Positions 1 to 12,900 of a stretch of 64,000 nt of DNA are shown here, in pieces. The translations under genes and the position numbers were made by a program. This DNA is from Raillietiella orientalis. Its lineage: Eukaryota. Below the pieces are notes generated by a model. The model worked only from the letters and a program-made list of their open reading frames with translations. It was not told the origin of the DNA and did not search any database. The first letter of the stretch is position 1. Each line of letters begins with the position of its first letter. The stretch is taken from NCBI GenBank assembly GCA_036172245.1, contig JAYWIR010000009.1:4898001-4962000 (forward strand). The letters are read 5' to 3'.

Positions 1-3000
1 CCATCCCAATTGAGGATGCGGGCGCAGCTGTCCTCCTCTGGGGCGTCTTCTCAAGGTGGAAACGACCTGCAAGGCTTCCCCGGATGGGCACGCCCGCTCC
101 CGGGATGCGGAGGACTGTGGCGGAGCGGGAGTGGGTGGGTGGGAAGGCCCGCCTATCCGTCGCCTCCGCAGCGAAGCGGCCACCCGCACTCACCGGAAGA
201 CGAGCTCAGGAAAGCCTTTGGAAAAGAAAACCCAGGCTTTGTGCTTCCGAGCAGGCCAGCGCGGTGCCTGGAACGGGGGTCAACTTGCTCTTCCCGCTCC
301 CCCTCCTCCCTCGGTGTGCAGAAAGGCAGGACACGCCAGCCTGCCGGCTCCGAATGTCTGCAGGCGCATGTCGTCGCCGTCGCCGTCGCCGCCGCCGGCT
401 CTCTCCCGCGCCCTATCCGTGGATTTGAAGGAGGCCACGCCGGGGAAGGAGGAACCCTCCCCGGAAGCACGTGCTCCGGACCCGAAGACACACCGCGAAC
501 ACGCCCTGCATGCTTATCCGCGTTTCGACAACTGCCGTCCTGCGGAGAGTGGCCCCTCCGGGAGGTTCCTCCTCGACTGCGCCGGAGGCATCCCCATGCT
601 TGTCACGTGTGCTCCTGAGAGCGCACGTGCAGCCGGACCGGGCATGCGTTGCCCTCTTGCGTTCCCTCTGCCTCCTGCGTCCGTTCCTCAAGGACCTCTG
701 GGCCGCCGTGCGATGCTGAACTCCGACGAGCCCTCCCCTCCCCCTCCTTGCTCGATGGTTCCGGCGTTTCCAGGTGCTTTGCAGCAAGCAGAGTGGGGGA
801 GGGTAGAGGAGCAGGCGGGAGCTGGGGGATGAGGTCTCCGGGACCGTCTTCCCCGATCGCGGGAGCTGTCGAAGCAGCCCGAGGCTGACGAAGCGCCCCC
901 GGGAGAGAGCGGAGGGTCACCGTTTTCTCAAGAGGTCAGCTCCCGTGATCCGGGACCGCGAGCTAGGAGGGGGAGGGGAGCCCAGCGTCGCCATGGGAAC
1001 GCGCTTCCGCGCGTCTCAGCTCCGCGGAACCGTTGCGGAAACCGGTCAGATATGCGGGAAGGGGCGGAACCCCCGCCCCAAGTCCACGGCGACGTGAACA
1101 TCCGGACCGCTTCCTCCTCTCCTGCGCCTCTCGCCTTCTCGTCTTTGTCTGGCGGTGCTTCTCAGCTGCGAGCCGAACCCCTCTCGGCTTCTTCCTGAAA
1201 GGCACGTTCTGCAGGGCGCGGGACCGCCGCGCAGATCGCATGGGTTCGCGGCGTCCACTTTTTTTCTGCCCGCCCACGGGAATTCTGGCAGAATCTTGAA
1301 GGTGGGCTGCTTTGCCCCAAGTCTTTACCACGCCGTGGAGTATCATGCAAAGTGTTTGTTTATGCACCCGGACACTTGCGATGTTCCAAAATGAAAGCTC
1401 CCCTCAATTTCTCTTCCCGACATTTTCCTCCCAAGCTTTATTAAATAAAGTTTCAAATGAGTAAACTCCATTGATTCAAGTAGCAATCAGCCAAATAAAT
1501 GTGTGAACGAATGCGATTCAAGACGTGTTGCCAGCTGTAATCTTTAAATTTACTTAAATTGTAGGCTTACATGGTTACCAAACACTGCAGAATAGAATTC
1601 CAGTTGCGTTCCGTCCTATCAGCTCACTTTTTAATCGCTTATTTAATTCACTAATATTTTAGTGATTTTTTTTTTTTTTTTGGGGGGGGGGGGGGGTCAA
1701 TTCTTCAAATGAGGTCAGTGGAGATTGCCCACGTTTGCAGTTCTACACATGGTCACAAAATAAATATAAAACAAAAGATGAAGGCATAAATAAAATTGAG
1801 GTAAATTATTGGCTTATTTTTCAGCTTTGCGATTATTTAACAATAAATTATTCTGATATTTGCTCTGCGTTATCATTATATTCTAGTATAATGTTTTGAT
1901 ACTTTTTTTTGTTTTTAAAAAAAAAGACGCATTTTATAGTCGGTTGAATATTTAACAAAAACATGACAGCAAGAAAACTTTTCATCCTTAGCATCCTTAG
2001 CACCCCCATCAACCTTCAAGCATTGCCTGCCTTCACCAACCCCGGTTTTGTAACTTGTAATTGAAGGGTTACTTTGACAACGATGCCGTATTCATTACTG
2101 CTGGTATCGGACACGCTAATCTGAACTGATGACCTCACACCCCATTCATGGATCGTCTCTTTGAACCTTCAGTCGCTTTTTCATTCGGAGTTCGAATTTT
2201 CCTGCCACTAGTTCTTTTCAGGTTCCTAATTTCGAGCCCTACAACTAACCCTCTAATGGCATGACCGAGAGCAAGGTTCAGTTCGATCTCTCTGAATCCA
2301 AAAGGCAATGAATTTGATTTGAAGCTGAAGTCTTTTCCGATCACTGAGGTTAACCCATCGACAGAACGAGAGAACCTTTCTGCTTGTCATTCCGATCGCC
2401 TTCTTGTCTGCAGGGTGCTTCCGCCCCAAAAGTGTTCCAACGAAGTTGACACCTCTCGTTTGCAAAAAAAAAATGGGGACTTCCAACGTGGCAGTCAGGT
2501 CACAGCGGAAGACGAAACAACCACGAAAAAAGGGAAGAAAGGAAAAAGAAAAAGAAAACTCCTAGCATCCTGAGAGGCGTCTGAAATGCCAACTGTTCGA
2601 TGTTCATCTCCCTCTACAGGCTTGGAGATTCCCCACGTCGAAGATAGGTTGCCCATCGTTTGTTTCATGCACCATCACACGACGAGAGGGTACGTTTGAC
2701 TCCACCCATCGCCCAAACAGAAATTCGAGGAGGATTTCTGCCAGCCTGTCACCTGGCTGGAAGGTCGCCCAAGTCAACTTCTGGACATGCCTGACGCCTG
2801 CAATTGAGGGTGTTCTCTCTTCGGCGAATGGAAACAAGTGCCGATAAGGTTTCACGTGAGCAGCAGGCAGAGGTCATCTCAAATCGTTTCCTGGAATCTC
2901 GCGTTCTGCAGCGGATGGGTGTCGAAGGTTCACTGAATGGAAGCTTCGCTTTTCCTCCAGAAAGCAATCCTCGTTTCACCCGGAGATGCCTTGCGCCAGC

Positions 3001-3156
3001 AGGCACACGAATTGTGCAACCAACCGACGTGAACGAGATGGACTCGTGTCGATTTTGAGTCCTTGCAAGAAAGGAGGATTTAGGTCATGAAGCTGGGAAA
3101 GAACTGAGCGAAAGATCGCAGGGTTCCTCGTTAAAATACATTGAATAGGGGATGAC

Positions 3157-3179
3157 CACACACACACACACACACACAC
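3157..3179. repeat. (CA)n microsatellite
   Basis: Direct reading; similar tracts at 14941-14957 and 22061-22080. Confidence 0.9.
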
Positions 3180-6100
3180 GAATTTATTAGTGCAGCCTCC
3201 AGTTTACACAGACCAGAGAGGAATACGAGCAACTCATTCACAAACAACCATCCCACACCTAGAATCCCTTTGCTCCTGCGCCTCGACACCTCGGATGGGA
3301 ACTCTTGGACGCGGTCGAAAGGCCCCCCAAATATTTTCAAACCGTGGACATCGGTGAAAGGCGCGTGGAAAGGGAACACATACAGCTCTGCCAACTGACC
3401 ACAGTCTCTTCTTCAGCTCTCTCAAGGCGAACCATTCTCTGCCACACAAGTACGAGCAAATACTGCAAGACGCGGTTTCAGTTCCCTCCCTGAGGAGGTG
3501 GGGGTGGTCCTCCTTCACAGCATGCAGCATCTGTCACGGTTTCTCCTTGGAGGGTTGTCGAACCCGCTGGAAACACCCCCACTGGAAACGCAGCGCGTTG
3601 CGGGTGCTCATAGCAGGCACACCACGAAGGCCTGCGTCTCGCACCGCCTTTGTATCAGTTAGGGAGAGAGAGAGCTCTTGTAGAACGCCCGTTACGCGTG
3701 TCCTGCCTCGCGTCGCAGATCCCCAACTTTATCGCGTATCCTTGAAATGGTTAAACGCCTCGGTTTCCGCTTCCGCTTCGGTCCGTGGACGCCTTTTTTA
3801 TTTTTTATCTCGTTATCCGCTCAGGGTGCTCCGGATTTCCACCATTCCGATCGGTACGAAGAATAGGAATGCCTTTTTCAGGCGGCGGTGTTGGTCGACC
3901 CCTCCTGGCGTCACCACTGAGAACTCGCAGTGGACCGCCGTCAGCACTTTTCCAGGCGAGTGCGTTCCTCGCGATTTGTTTGCGCCGAAAGTGCTTACGC
4001 GCCGCTTCGGGCCGGTCCTCGGTTTCTTCTTCACTTTCCTGGCCGAGGGTAGGATTTCACGTGCCTTTTCGTTCCGGCTGCAGAAACGAAACGCGCGCAA
4101 AAAAAAAAAAAAGAAGAAAAACACGGGCCGATTCGACACGCGGAGAAGAGCCAAAAGCGAAAAGTGGGCACGGCCGGAGGATGGATGCGAGGCTTTCGGA
4201 GAGTCGCCTTTTCGAGTTTCGCGCGCGTTGTCCGAAGAGGGGGGAAGAGAGGGATGGTTCGGAGAAGAGAGCCACTGGGCATATGCATGCGGAACTGCTC
4301 CAAGTGCCCCTTCCGTCCACCTGATGCTTCTCCTACTCGCTTGTCAAGTTGGCTGGCCCGCAGAGATGAATGGGGAGAGATCCAACAAATTACCACGTGC
4401 GGAAGCGAAAGACAACCCGCACAGAGGAGGAGGAGGAGGGGAGCGTCCACTCCATCCGCGAGAGGCAGCCGCAATAGTCGGAAACGTTGGCTTCGAGTCC
4501 TCGCGCAGGAAGGAGGGGGGGGGGATGCTGAGGAAGCGAGGAGCGTCCACCGAATAGGTCGGAAACGCGAATGGATTCTTCAGCTAACGACAACCAGCTA
4601 ACTGACTTTCGGAGGGCACATCGTCTCAAGGCTGATACGTCCCCGGAAAGTTTTCAAAGTTCGAGAAAAACCGAAAGCCTTCGGAGGAATTTACAAAAGG
4701 GAGGGGGGGGGGGAGGACAGAAAAAAAAGGGGAGCCCTGAAATAAGAGAGGGGAATTATGCGCCGAGATGAGAGAAAGAAACGCACCCACCCACACAGCA
4801 CATGGTACCCAAACAAACCTTCAAGAGCCTCCTCCATTTCCAAACTTTTTTTTCCCTGCGGAGTTGGACATATGAATTCAAAGCTCAAGACAGCATCTGG
4901 TAACAACGAAACAATCCATCTTAGTTTCCAGGTAACAGCGCTATCGATTGCCACCATTTGCCGCTTACGATTGCAGCATTGCATGCAGACATTTTTTTCC
5001 CTTTCTTCTTCCTTCTTTTCCCATTGAAGGTCTCTCTGTTTTGAATGCATTTCAAAGGTCGTCTCTGGGAAAATATTGTTCCCTCGAGCTTTAGGCCGCA
5101 AATCATCTCTGTCCGTTTGCCTGGGCATCCTTTGGTTTCCCCGGAGATATTCTGCGGAGTAAGCTGTTAGGAACACCTGGGATGCAGAATGTCTGTCTTC
5201 CCGAACAGCATTTGCGGTCGCGTGGCCAAAAGCCGCTTTCAAAAGCCTCCGCACGGATGCACCTCGTATGTGCGGGTACGTGGAGTACAATCATGTAGTG
5301 TACCGTACGGTGGTACGGTCGTATGCGTGCGCACGTGCACGTTGCCGTCGTTCCCCTTCGGCTCGATGCGGAAGACCTTTTTCCTCCGCGTGTTTCGAGG
5401 CTGCAGTTCATGAATGTGGCAAATCCACGCCTCTGCACTGCAGCCTTTTGAATTTCGTTCCTTATCCCTGGCATAAGAAAAGCGACGGATGAATTCCAAG
5501 AAGCTTGGTCTTCGTTGACAGAGGCTGAATCGTGGACCCTCCTCTTTCGTGTTGGAGGCTTTTGTCACTGCAAGGGAAGTGTGTTTCGAACTCGAGGCCG
5601 GCTTCCCGATTTCGAACACGAACGCGCCCTGCGCAAGCGAAGCGCCGGGGCAGACGCGGCCAGCCTAGCCTGGGGTGCGTGAGAGGAAGCGAGGGTGGAT
5701 CCTCGTTTTCCGGGCGGGCACCGCCGCCCCCTTGCCGCACCTCGCCGAAGATTCCAGCCCGGGCTCGGTCGAGGAGCTCACCTTCCATTCGCTACTTCGC
5801 CGCGCTCGCCGCCGCCTTGTCCCGAATCAGCGGGCCGCTTTTCATTCACGTGCCCCCTTTTGCTCGCCGGCAGCGGGAAACGCCTTCGTTTTGCGAATGG
5901 GCGGCGGAGGGAAACGCCCAGCCCACATGGTCTCCAGAGGCGGGGGTGGTCGCTTGTTGGTTTAGCGAGGTGCGGCGGCGGCTGTCCGTTCTTCCCCCCT
6001 CCCCCTCTCCTTCCCGCCCTCCTCCCCCCCCCCACCGGGGGATTGCGATGCGTTCGGAAACCGCACGGACCGCAGTCAGCTGTTTTTGTTTTTCCCTGCA

Positions 6101-6290
6101 GTCGAATGAATGGTGAAGTAGTATGCCAGATGTTTGCCATATCGGTAATGCTTTTCGGTTAAATGGAATGCCACTTGTTTGTTTTTCGCCAAACAAAAAT
6201 CTCGGCACGCCGATCTGCGTTCCGAATCTGAACAGTGCACAGCCTCAGAGCATAAAATCTGCTTCGGTAAAGGGAAAAAGCCCCCTGCCC

Positions 6291-6308
6291 GCTTATTTGT
6301 AGGTAAGT
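6291..6308 (+). other. Probable donor site ending a non-coding 5' UTR exon of the filamin gene
   Basis: Consensus donor AG|GTAAGT at 6303. The first coding exon is preceded by a strong acceptor 2 nt before ATG 6578, so an upstream exon is expected. CpG-rich promoter-like DNA lies at about 5200-6100. Confidence 0.5.
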
Positions 6309-6577
6309 ACGCAATACTTCTAGGTTGAGGGGTTTTGATCCCAGTCGCCGGTGTACTCGAAATGGGAACTGCAATATGTTGTGTGCAATCAGTTCTTTTT
6401 GTTTGTTTGGAATCCCCCAAAATGTGATGCACCCAATGTTGGGCCGGGTTTGCAGGATTGATAAAATTCATGTGTTTTTATGTTGTCCATTGGATTGTTG
6501 CAGCGTGGCTGGCATGTGGGGTTGCTAAAGAGTCATCTGTGGCATATCTGATTTTTCGTGTTTTTCTCTTTCCAGCC

Positions 6578-6926
6578 ATGATTGAAGAAAAGTTCAGGGT
6601 TTCTCATAGTGGCTTGGTTGCCAGAAGTCCTGAAGGGCATGCAGCCAAAGGGATGCAAATCAAAGGTCAAGAAGAACTGTGGATTGAAATTCAAACACAT
6701 ACTTTCAAAAATTGGGTCAATGAACAGTTAAAGCCATTGTCCATGGAAGTGACAAATCTAGAGACTGATTTTTGTGATGGACTGAAGTTGATTGCTCTTG
6801 TTGAAACATTGCAAAAACGCAAAATTAAGAAAGTATCGAAACCAATTAATCAGCATCAGTGTTTGGAAAACGTGCAGATTGCTTTGAATTCTATTGCAGC
6901 AGATGGTATTAAGTTGGTTAACATAG
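6578..6926 (+). CDS. jbug: Filamin coding exon 1 (start codon, N-terminal half of CH1)
   Basis: Acceptor tttttctctttccag at 6575, ATG at 6578 (MIEEKFRVSHSGLVARSPEGHAAKGMQIKGQEELWIEIQTHTFKNWVNEQL), donor G|gtac at 6927, phase 1 joining GA AAC at 14437. Confidence 0.9.
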
Positions 6927-9900
6927 GTACTAAATTAAATTATTTTACACATTAAGAAATTCCACATGTTATAATCGTGTGTGATATCTTTGTAAAGAAT
7001 CTTAGGTTGTGTGTGAAATTCTTTGTTTAGCTGGTTAGTTAAAAAATCATGTTTATTAAATCTTATGCAATAATCACCTTTCATTTCATTGAAAGCAAGC
7101 ATAACTTGGTGAAATCATTTTTTATTGAGATATTAAAGTATTTCAACTGTTTAACGCATAGTGCATGACTAACCAATTTAGAGCATCCATAAACAATCTT
7201 GTATTGTTGCTTCCATGAATGTAAAACTGAAAGAATGCAGGTACATATATAAGGGTTCACTATGAAAAAGAATAGGGAGGTATTGTGCACTGTTTGTAAT
7301 GAATAGCCATTCCATGGACAATGATGATTTTGTTTGTAGTAGATAGATTCAGAATCTGTAATTTTTGGGTGTCAGTCAAGGAAAGAAGACATGCTCCCAT
7401 GGAACATTGTCAAAAACTGGAACATGTATTCCATGTAGATTGTGTAATTGCTTCACAAGTTAAGTTTGCCAAGGTCCCAGGGTTTAATCCTGAAAACAAC
7501 ATGCAGATTCCAAATTTGTAATGTGCATGACAAAATAATAGAAGTATTATTATTTAGAATTTCACATTTTTGTAGCAAGGTTTCTGAGTGATTCATGAAT
7601 CACATAAAAGTGGTATGTAAGGAGAGATAATTGAAACATAGTACTGTATATTTTCATTGCAATCGAAGTTTTTCTTATATGTAAAATGCATTCAAGAAAT
7701 TTGTAAATCTTGAAAGATTTGTTGGTGCAGCATCTGTTTGCTTGGGTTACTTCTGAAAAAGATTATGTTTTTACCAGGTATACATTAATTTGGGAAGCAA
7801 TGACTGTTTACTTGATGGTTTGGTTGCTTTAGGTTGCTTTCCACTTCAGGCACACTACCTGACTAACTTCTGTTTGCATGTTACGGCCAAAGAATTACAG
7901 TTTTCACACACATTTCTCACATATCTTACAATCGTTCTTTATAGTCCACTGCATGTGCAATCAGTTATATCTTTTTTTTTTTTTTATCATTTATGAAATT
8001 TTCCCTGTATTTTTTTTCTTTGTTTCTAAAAAAATATCCCCCAAAATGTGCAGAATGTGTTATGTATTTATCTGAATCCATCAAGTTCGTTTACTGTATG
8101 TGAATGGAACAATCTCTGATGTGAGGATGCTCATCGTTTTTCTGTACTTCGTTTGTATCCAGGAAAAATTTTGGATGACTTATTTTGAATTGAAAACTAC
8201 CCAGTTGATTAGTGTGTAAAAACAAAATCATAAAAATGTTCCCTTATGCCCAAACTTGAAAAACTTTAATTATACTTTATGCAGAAGAATGTTGTTTCAT
8301 ACGGTTTGTTTTGCCATGGATTTTAGATTTCATTGTTCAGTTGCCTTCGTGTTTGTGGTCTGAACTTTGTGGAATTCTCATGGTCGGTATTTTGACGTCA
8401 AAACGCCTCGTGCAAAAGGCTCCGGGTAATTTTGTATTTTTGGATGGTGGAGTTTTACAGTCATAATGAAGACCAACTTTTCTAGATTACTTGCAGATGG
8501 TTGCTGATTTTACAATCAGTTTATCAATACGTTGCAGTCTGCGTTTCTACTTTTACCGTGCGTGGGAAGTATTTTAAAATGCCCAAACAAAACGGGAAAG
8601 AATGCCTTTCGTTTTTATCTGTATCTTTCTTATGTAGAATTGCTTACATTTGAAATGAAGGAAAAAAAAAAAAAAACTAGAAACAATCGTCGTCGTTCCC
8701 GTTGTGTTCGAAAAGCTTCCTGCTGCACGAGTAGCCGAAACGCGGGGTAACGTGGCCGCACTGAAGGATCGGCTTTCTGTGTTGTTGGACAATCGTCAGC
8801 GCAGTGTTGCCAGCGGTCCGTAATTTTCGGTGCACGCCGATCATTGTGACGGTGATGTGCTCTCACACTGACAATGATGATCACTTTGATCATTTGTCTG
8901 TGCAGTCGCCGTTTGCAGGAAACGGTCATCGTGTTTTGCATTCGCCACGTGTTTTCTCACGATTCTTGAGGAGAATTTGAAAGCACTCTCCGGTTGGTTG
9001 ACTCCGGAACAGCGGTTGAAATACAAAAACATGCAGAATGATCCAGTAATTCTTCCACATTATTTATGTTTGGTGTCATCGAGTGCCTGCCGAAACCTAG
9101 CGGAAGCATTCAGTTGCACGGAGTACCCATCTGTCCTTTTGACAGCTATGCCGTACTTTGCTCTACTGTACAAATAGATTTGGACAGCCATTTGCGATTT
9201 TCAAAAATGGTTGGAATAATCAGCTCGTGATTTAAATCCCTTCGTGTATTAATAATATTGGCGTTATTTTGTAAACCATTAAATTCGATTTTCAGTCCCA
9301 TAATTATGATGGTTGGTACTTCTAAGTGTATTAATATGTGCATTATTTTATCCATTATGGCATCAGTCGTCCCATGTTTTTTACCGTGGCAGTAATACGT
9401 CTGTATTGAATGGCCGATTCCTTCAAAGAATGGAGACGGCTTCCCAAACCAGGAGTGTCGAGCGTGTAGTGTGACCTCTTTTGGTGGACACGTGTCTCTT
9501 TGCTTGCTATGTATGCTGTGTCACAGTAGTTGTCGAGGATCCCGTGTTTGCCCGAACACACTCAGTGTGTTGCAATCGAAGGAATGTGTGCGCGTAGTTT
9601 GTTACGATTTCTCTGCGTGGACCACACTGACGTCTTACCTGACCAGTGGTCATCACCGGCGATGTGATTCTTGCTGCTCATTCGTTTTGAAAACTCACGT
9701 TAGTCTCCACCTTCACATCTTTAATGCCCTCACATGAAATGAGAATGCATTTTCGACAAAATGATTGTATTTAAAAAAAAAAAAAAAGGAAGAAAAAGGA
9801 AAGAAAGAAAAAGGGGGAGGAGGGGCATTCTCCCCACTCGGTCGTGTGGTGATTCGGGTTGCTTGCGAATTTATCATGTCTGGGTTCAGTAGAATTGGTG

Positions 9901-12900
9901 ATTTGACACGCACATTTCAACAACCGGAATATGACATAGCAAACCGGAAGTGATTTCACCGGAAGTGCCTTTCTTTAAATGGGCATCAGAAAAATCCTTC
10001 TTACAACTTTTTTTAGTTTTGCGATCACAACTGCAGGTTATGCCGTGGGGGTGGGTCACATACTACGGTATAAACGAACCTTTGAACTTCTCAGACGATT
10101 GCTTTGGTGATTTGGGACTGTTATGTTTACCACTTGATCTCAACCTGCTTGGAATCTGAGCTCAAGATGTTCGATTTTTCGAAGTTTTATTTTTTTGTGT
10201 GTAAAAAAAAAAAAAAAAAAAAAATTGTACACTCAATAGAACCTTTGATGTTACGTCGACACGAAAGATGAACCGATCATCTCGGATTCCGCAGATGTGC
10301 TCTGCCGAGTTTTTCATGTTTTTTTTTTTTTTCTGGAAGGGGGGAGGGGAGGTTGAATCTTTTCGTTTTGCTGCATTTGTTTCCGCGAATCTTTTATAAT
10401 GTTTCCAAGGTGTTTTCCGTCTTGTTCCGCTTGCAATGCGATTTCCCCTTGAAATAAGGCATACAGTTCGAATCCTCGGAGAATGCCTTCTAGAAAGAGA
10501 AGAATGCCATAACGTAGCTTGGCACGAGGTTAGCACGCTGGGGTCCAGCAAGTAAGAAGATGGATGCTTGCTGCCCTAGCCATTCCACGGATTTCATGTC
10601 TCGAAATTCCTGTTCATCCTATCATTATTTATGGAATCATTGCAGGAATCCGCCCCTCGTGCTGTCTGCACAAGTCGTCCGGCTCCCTTTATACCGGTCG
10701 GATCATAGATGTTAACAGCAATTTTTCACGATTTGAGCACGCGCAGAGATCCAAAAGGAGCGCGTCGAAAACAAACATTTACGAAATCCCTATTGCAGAT
10801 ATTTAGAGCATGGACTGGCCTTTCTTGGTTGCTCGTTCCATCGTTTCATCGCCGGTCTTCAGGGGTTCATCCTTATGTACTCCGCCGGCGTCCTCGGGCA
10901 GTTGCAAGCCCGTTCCTAACGCACGCGTTTCTCATCTTCCTGCGACTTCGGCACGCATTCCACCGATCGGCTCCCGTCGTTCCCCCAGCAACGAGATCGA
11001 AAGTGAAAGCTGCTCTCCGCATCCCCGGATGCTCTCGTTTTCTGTGGTCCAGAGTCAACCTCGCGCGGACGGAAGTTGTCTCTTCGCCCCCGAGATTTAA
11101 ATTGGCGTGGTTGCCAGCCTGCTCTTCGGAAGTTCCAAAAGCATGAAAAGTCTCGGAGACAAACGTCCAGGAATTGGAAACTTAAATGTTTGGATGGGGC
11201 GAACACTTAGAAATTGCCTGCGATTTTTAGCAAACTGCCATTCGTGGCGACTGGGAAGCGTCAAAGACGCCTCCCCTTTCAAGGCTACAGGTTGTTCTGT
11301 GGGAAGATTCTCTCAGGGATTTTTTTCTTCCTACGTGATGAATTCAAAGACCGCAAAGTAGATTTTTATTGTCTTTGTTTCTGTTGATAGCGTTTTGTAA
11401 AAAGGTATGTTATAATACATGCATGAGAAATATTCCGCGAATATTAGGTCTTGTTTTTTTAGGGAATTTTTTCCCCAAAGACTCTAGCTCCGGAAATTCT
11501 TTGCCCTCAGGGATTCGTGCTTTCCCTTCTACTCTGAAACGTTCTTCATCTGAAAGGACTAACTGTGGACCGCATGTTTTTTCTCTCATCTTCGTAAACT
11601 CGGGTAGCATTACGAAGACGCCCATTCCTATGGAAAGGCAACTGACAGACTTCTTTTAGCCAACGAACTTTGTGGGTGTTCGGCTCCACCCCCGCCAGGA
11701 GGATACTTTGAATAAATACGTTGGCTGTTACCGTATACCAATTTAGGAATCCAAAGTAGCACCCAACTCCCAGACTCGTACGGATCTTTGCCATTTGATT
11801 CGGTCCAAATGGATTTACGATGCCTGCAAAGATCTGACCAGAGATGATTCCAATTCGGCCAACTTGCATCCTTTCGCTTTCTTGGAGTCGTGCGCGGTGG
11901 CTTCTCCCCAGAAAATCTTAATAATCTTGTATTATTGAACGGATTTGGTGCACAGTTCAGAAAATCCGATCAACGCAGTGGATTGAAAGCGTTCAGGCGT
12001 TAGAAAGCGCATTCCCTGTCTTCCTACTTTGTGGTGCCTAGTCTTGTACTACTACTCCATCGGAGCGTTGACTTCATTTTAGTAAGCGTTTGGATAAGGT
12101 GGGAGGATGGTGTGCCCAAAGGGGTCTTTGTCGTGCCGGTGTTTCAATTGGAGGAATTTCACCTTGTTGTGTCACAGCATTTGTTGGAGTAGTGGAAGAG
12201 ATGACAGGCGTTGGTGTCTTCAAGTAGTGCTCTTCAAGTAGTCTCCTTTGTGAACCGTGCAAGAGGGCTGAACCAAAGTTGATCAGCGCCTCTTGACTGC
12301 AGGAGCCAACACTTGTCATCTTGATCCGAAGTCCTTTCCGGTTCTCCACCTCGAGAAGATCGTAAACGATCACTTCGAAACTTCGAACTGGAGGTCATCG
12401 ATTCACCTGGCATGTATATTTTAGAAACTGGATGCTGGAACGTCTCAGCAACAGTACCACGGCATCGAGGATAACGGATACCACGGTTCAAGTGAAACCC
12501 ATCCAACAGGCAGCGGAAGCCATCATTTGTGTGACAGAGGTTAACTTTAGACAGTGGCAGTAGTGGCTATTATTCTGTATGCCCAGGTCGATAGGATCGG
12601 TTTTGCCTTTTATTTCTGGTCATTAGGTGGTGAATTCTGTAAAAATTCTTCTGGTAAAACTTCCTCGGCTTTTCGTAATCACCTGTAACTTGTCCGCGCA
12701 CTTTTTTCATGTTTTCTGGCGGCAGGTATTCGTGCATATGCACAACACCGTTAACAAAGTAACAGAGGACAAAAGGACTTTCTTTTCCCACAAAATAACC
12801 ATCAGGAGGTGACCGTCACTGGATCAGTGAGGAAACCGTTTCTTGTCTCCCTGCTTTGCAAGACAGTCATGTGCCCTCCTGCATACACTTTTTCCCACCC

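Noticed and set aside
1..960. Overlapping 200-260 aa ORFs, or a zinc-finger N-terminus of a site-specific non-LTR element on the minus strand
   Set aside because: GC-rich sequence open in several frames; Cys/His spacing is only vaguely suggestive and broken by stops.
3547..6200. Long ORFs upstream of filamin (for example the 336-aa ORF 3547-4557)
   Set aside because: No domain similarity, non-ATG starts, and they run through homopolymer tracts; more consistent with promoter or UTR DNA.
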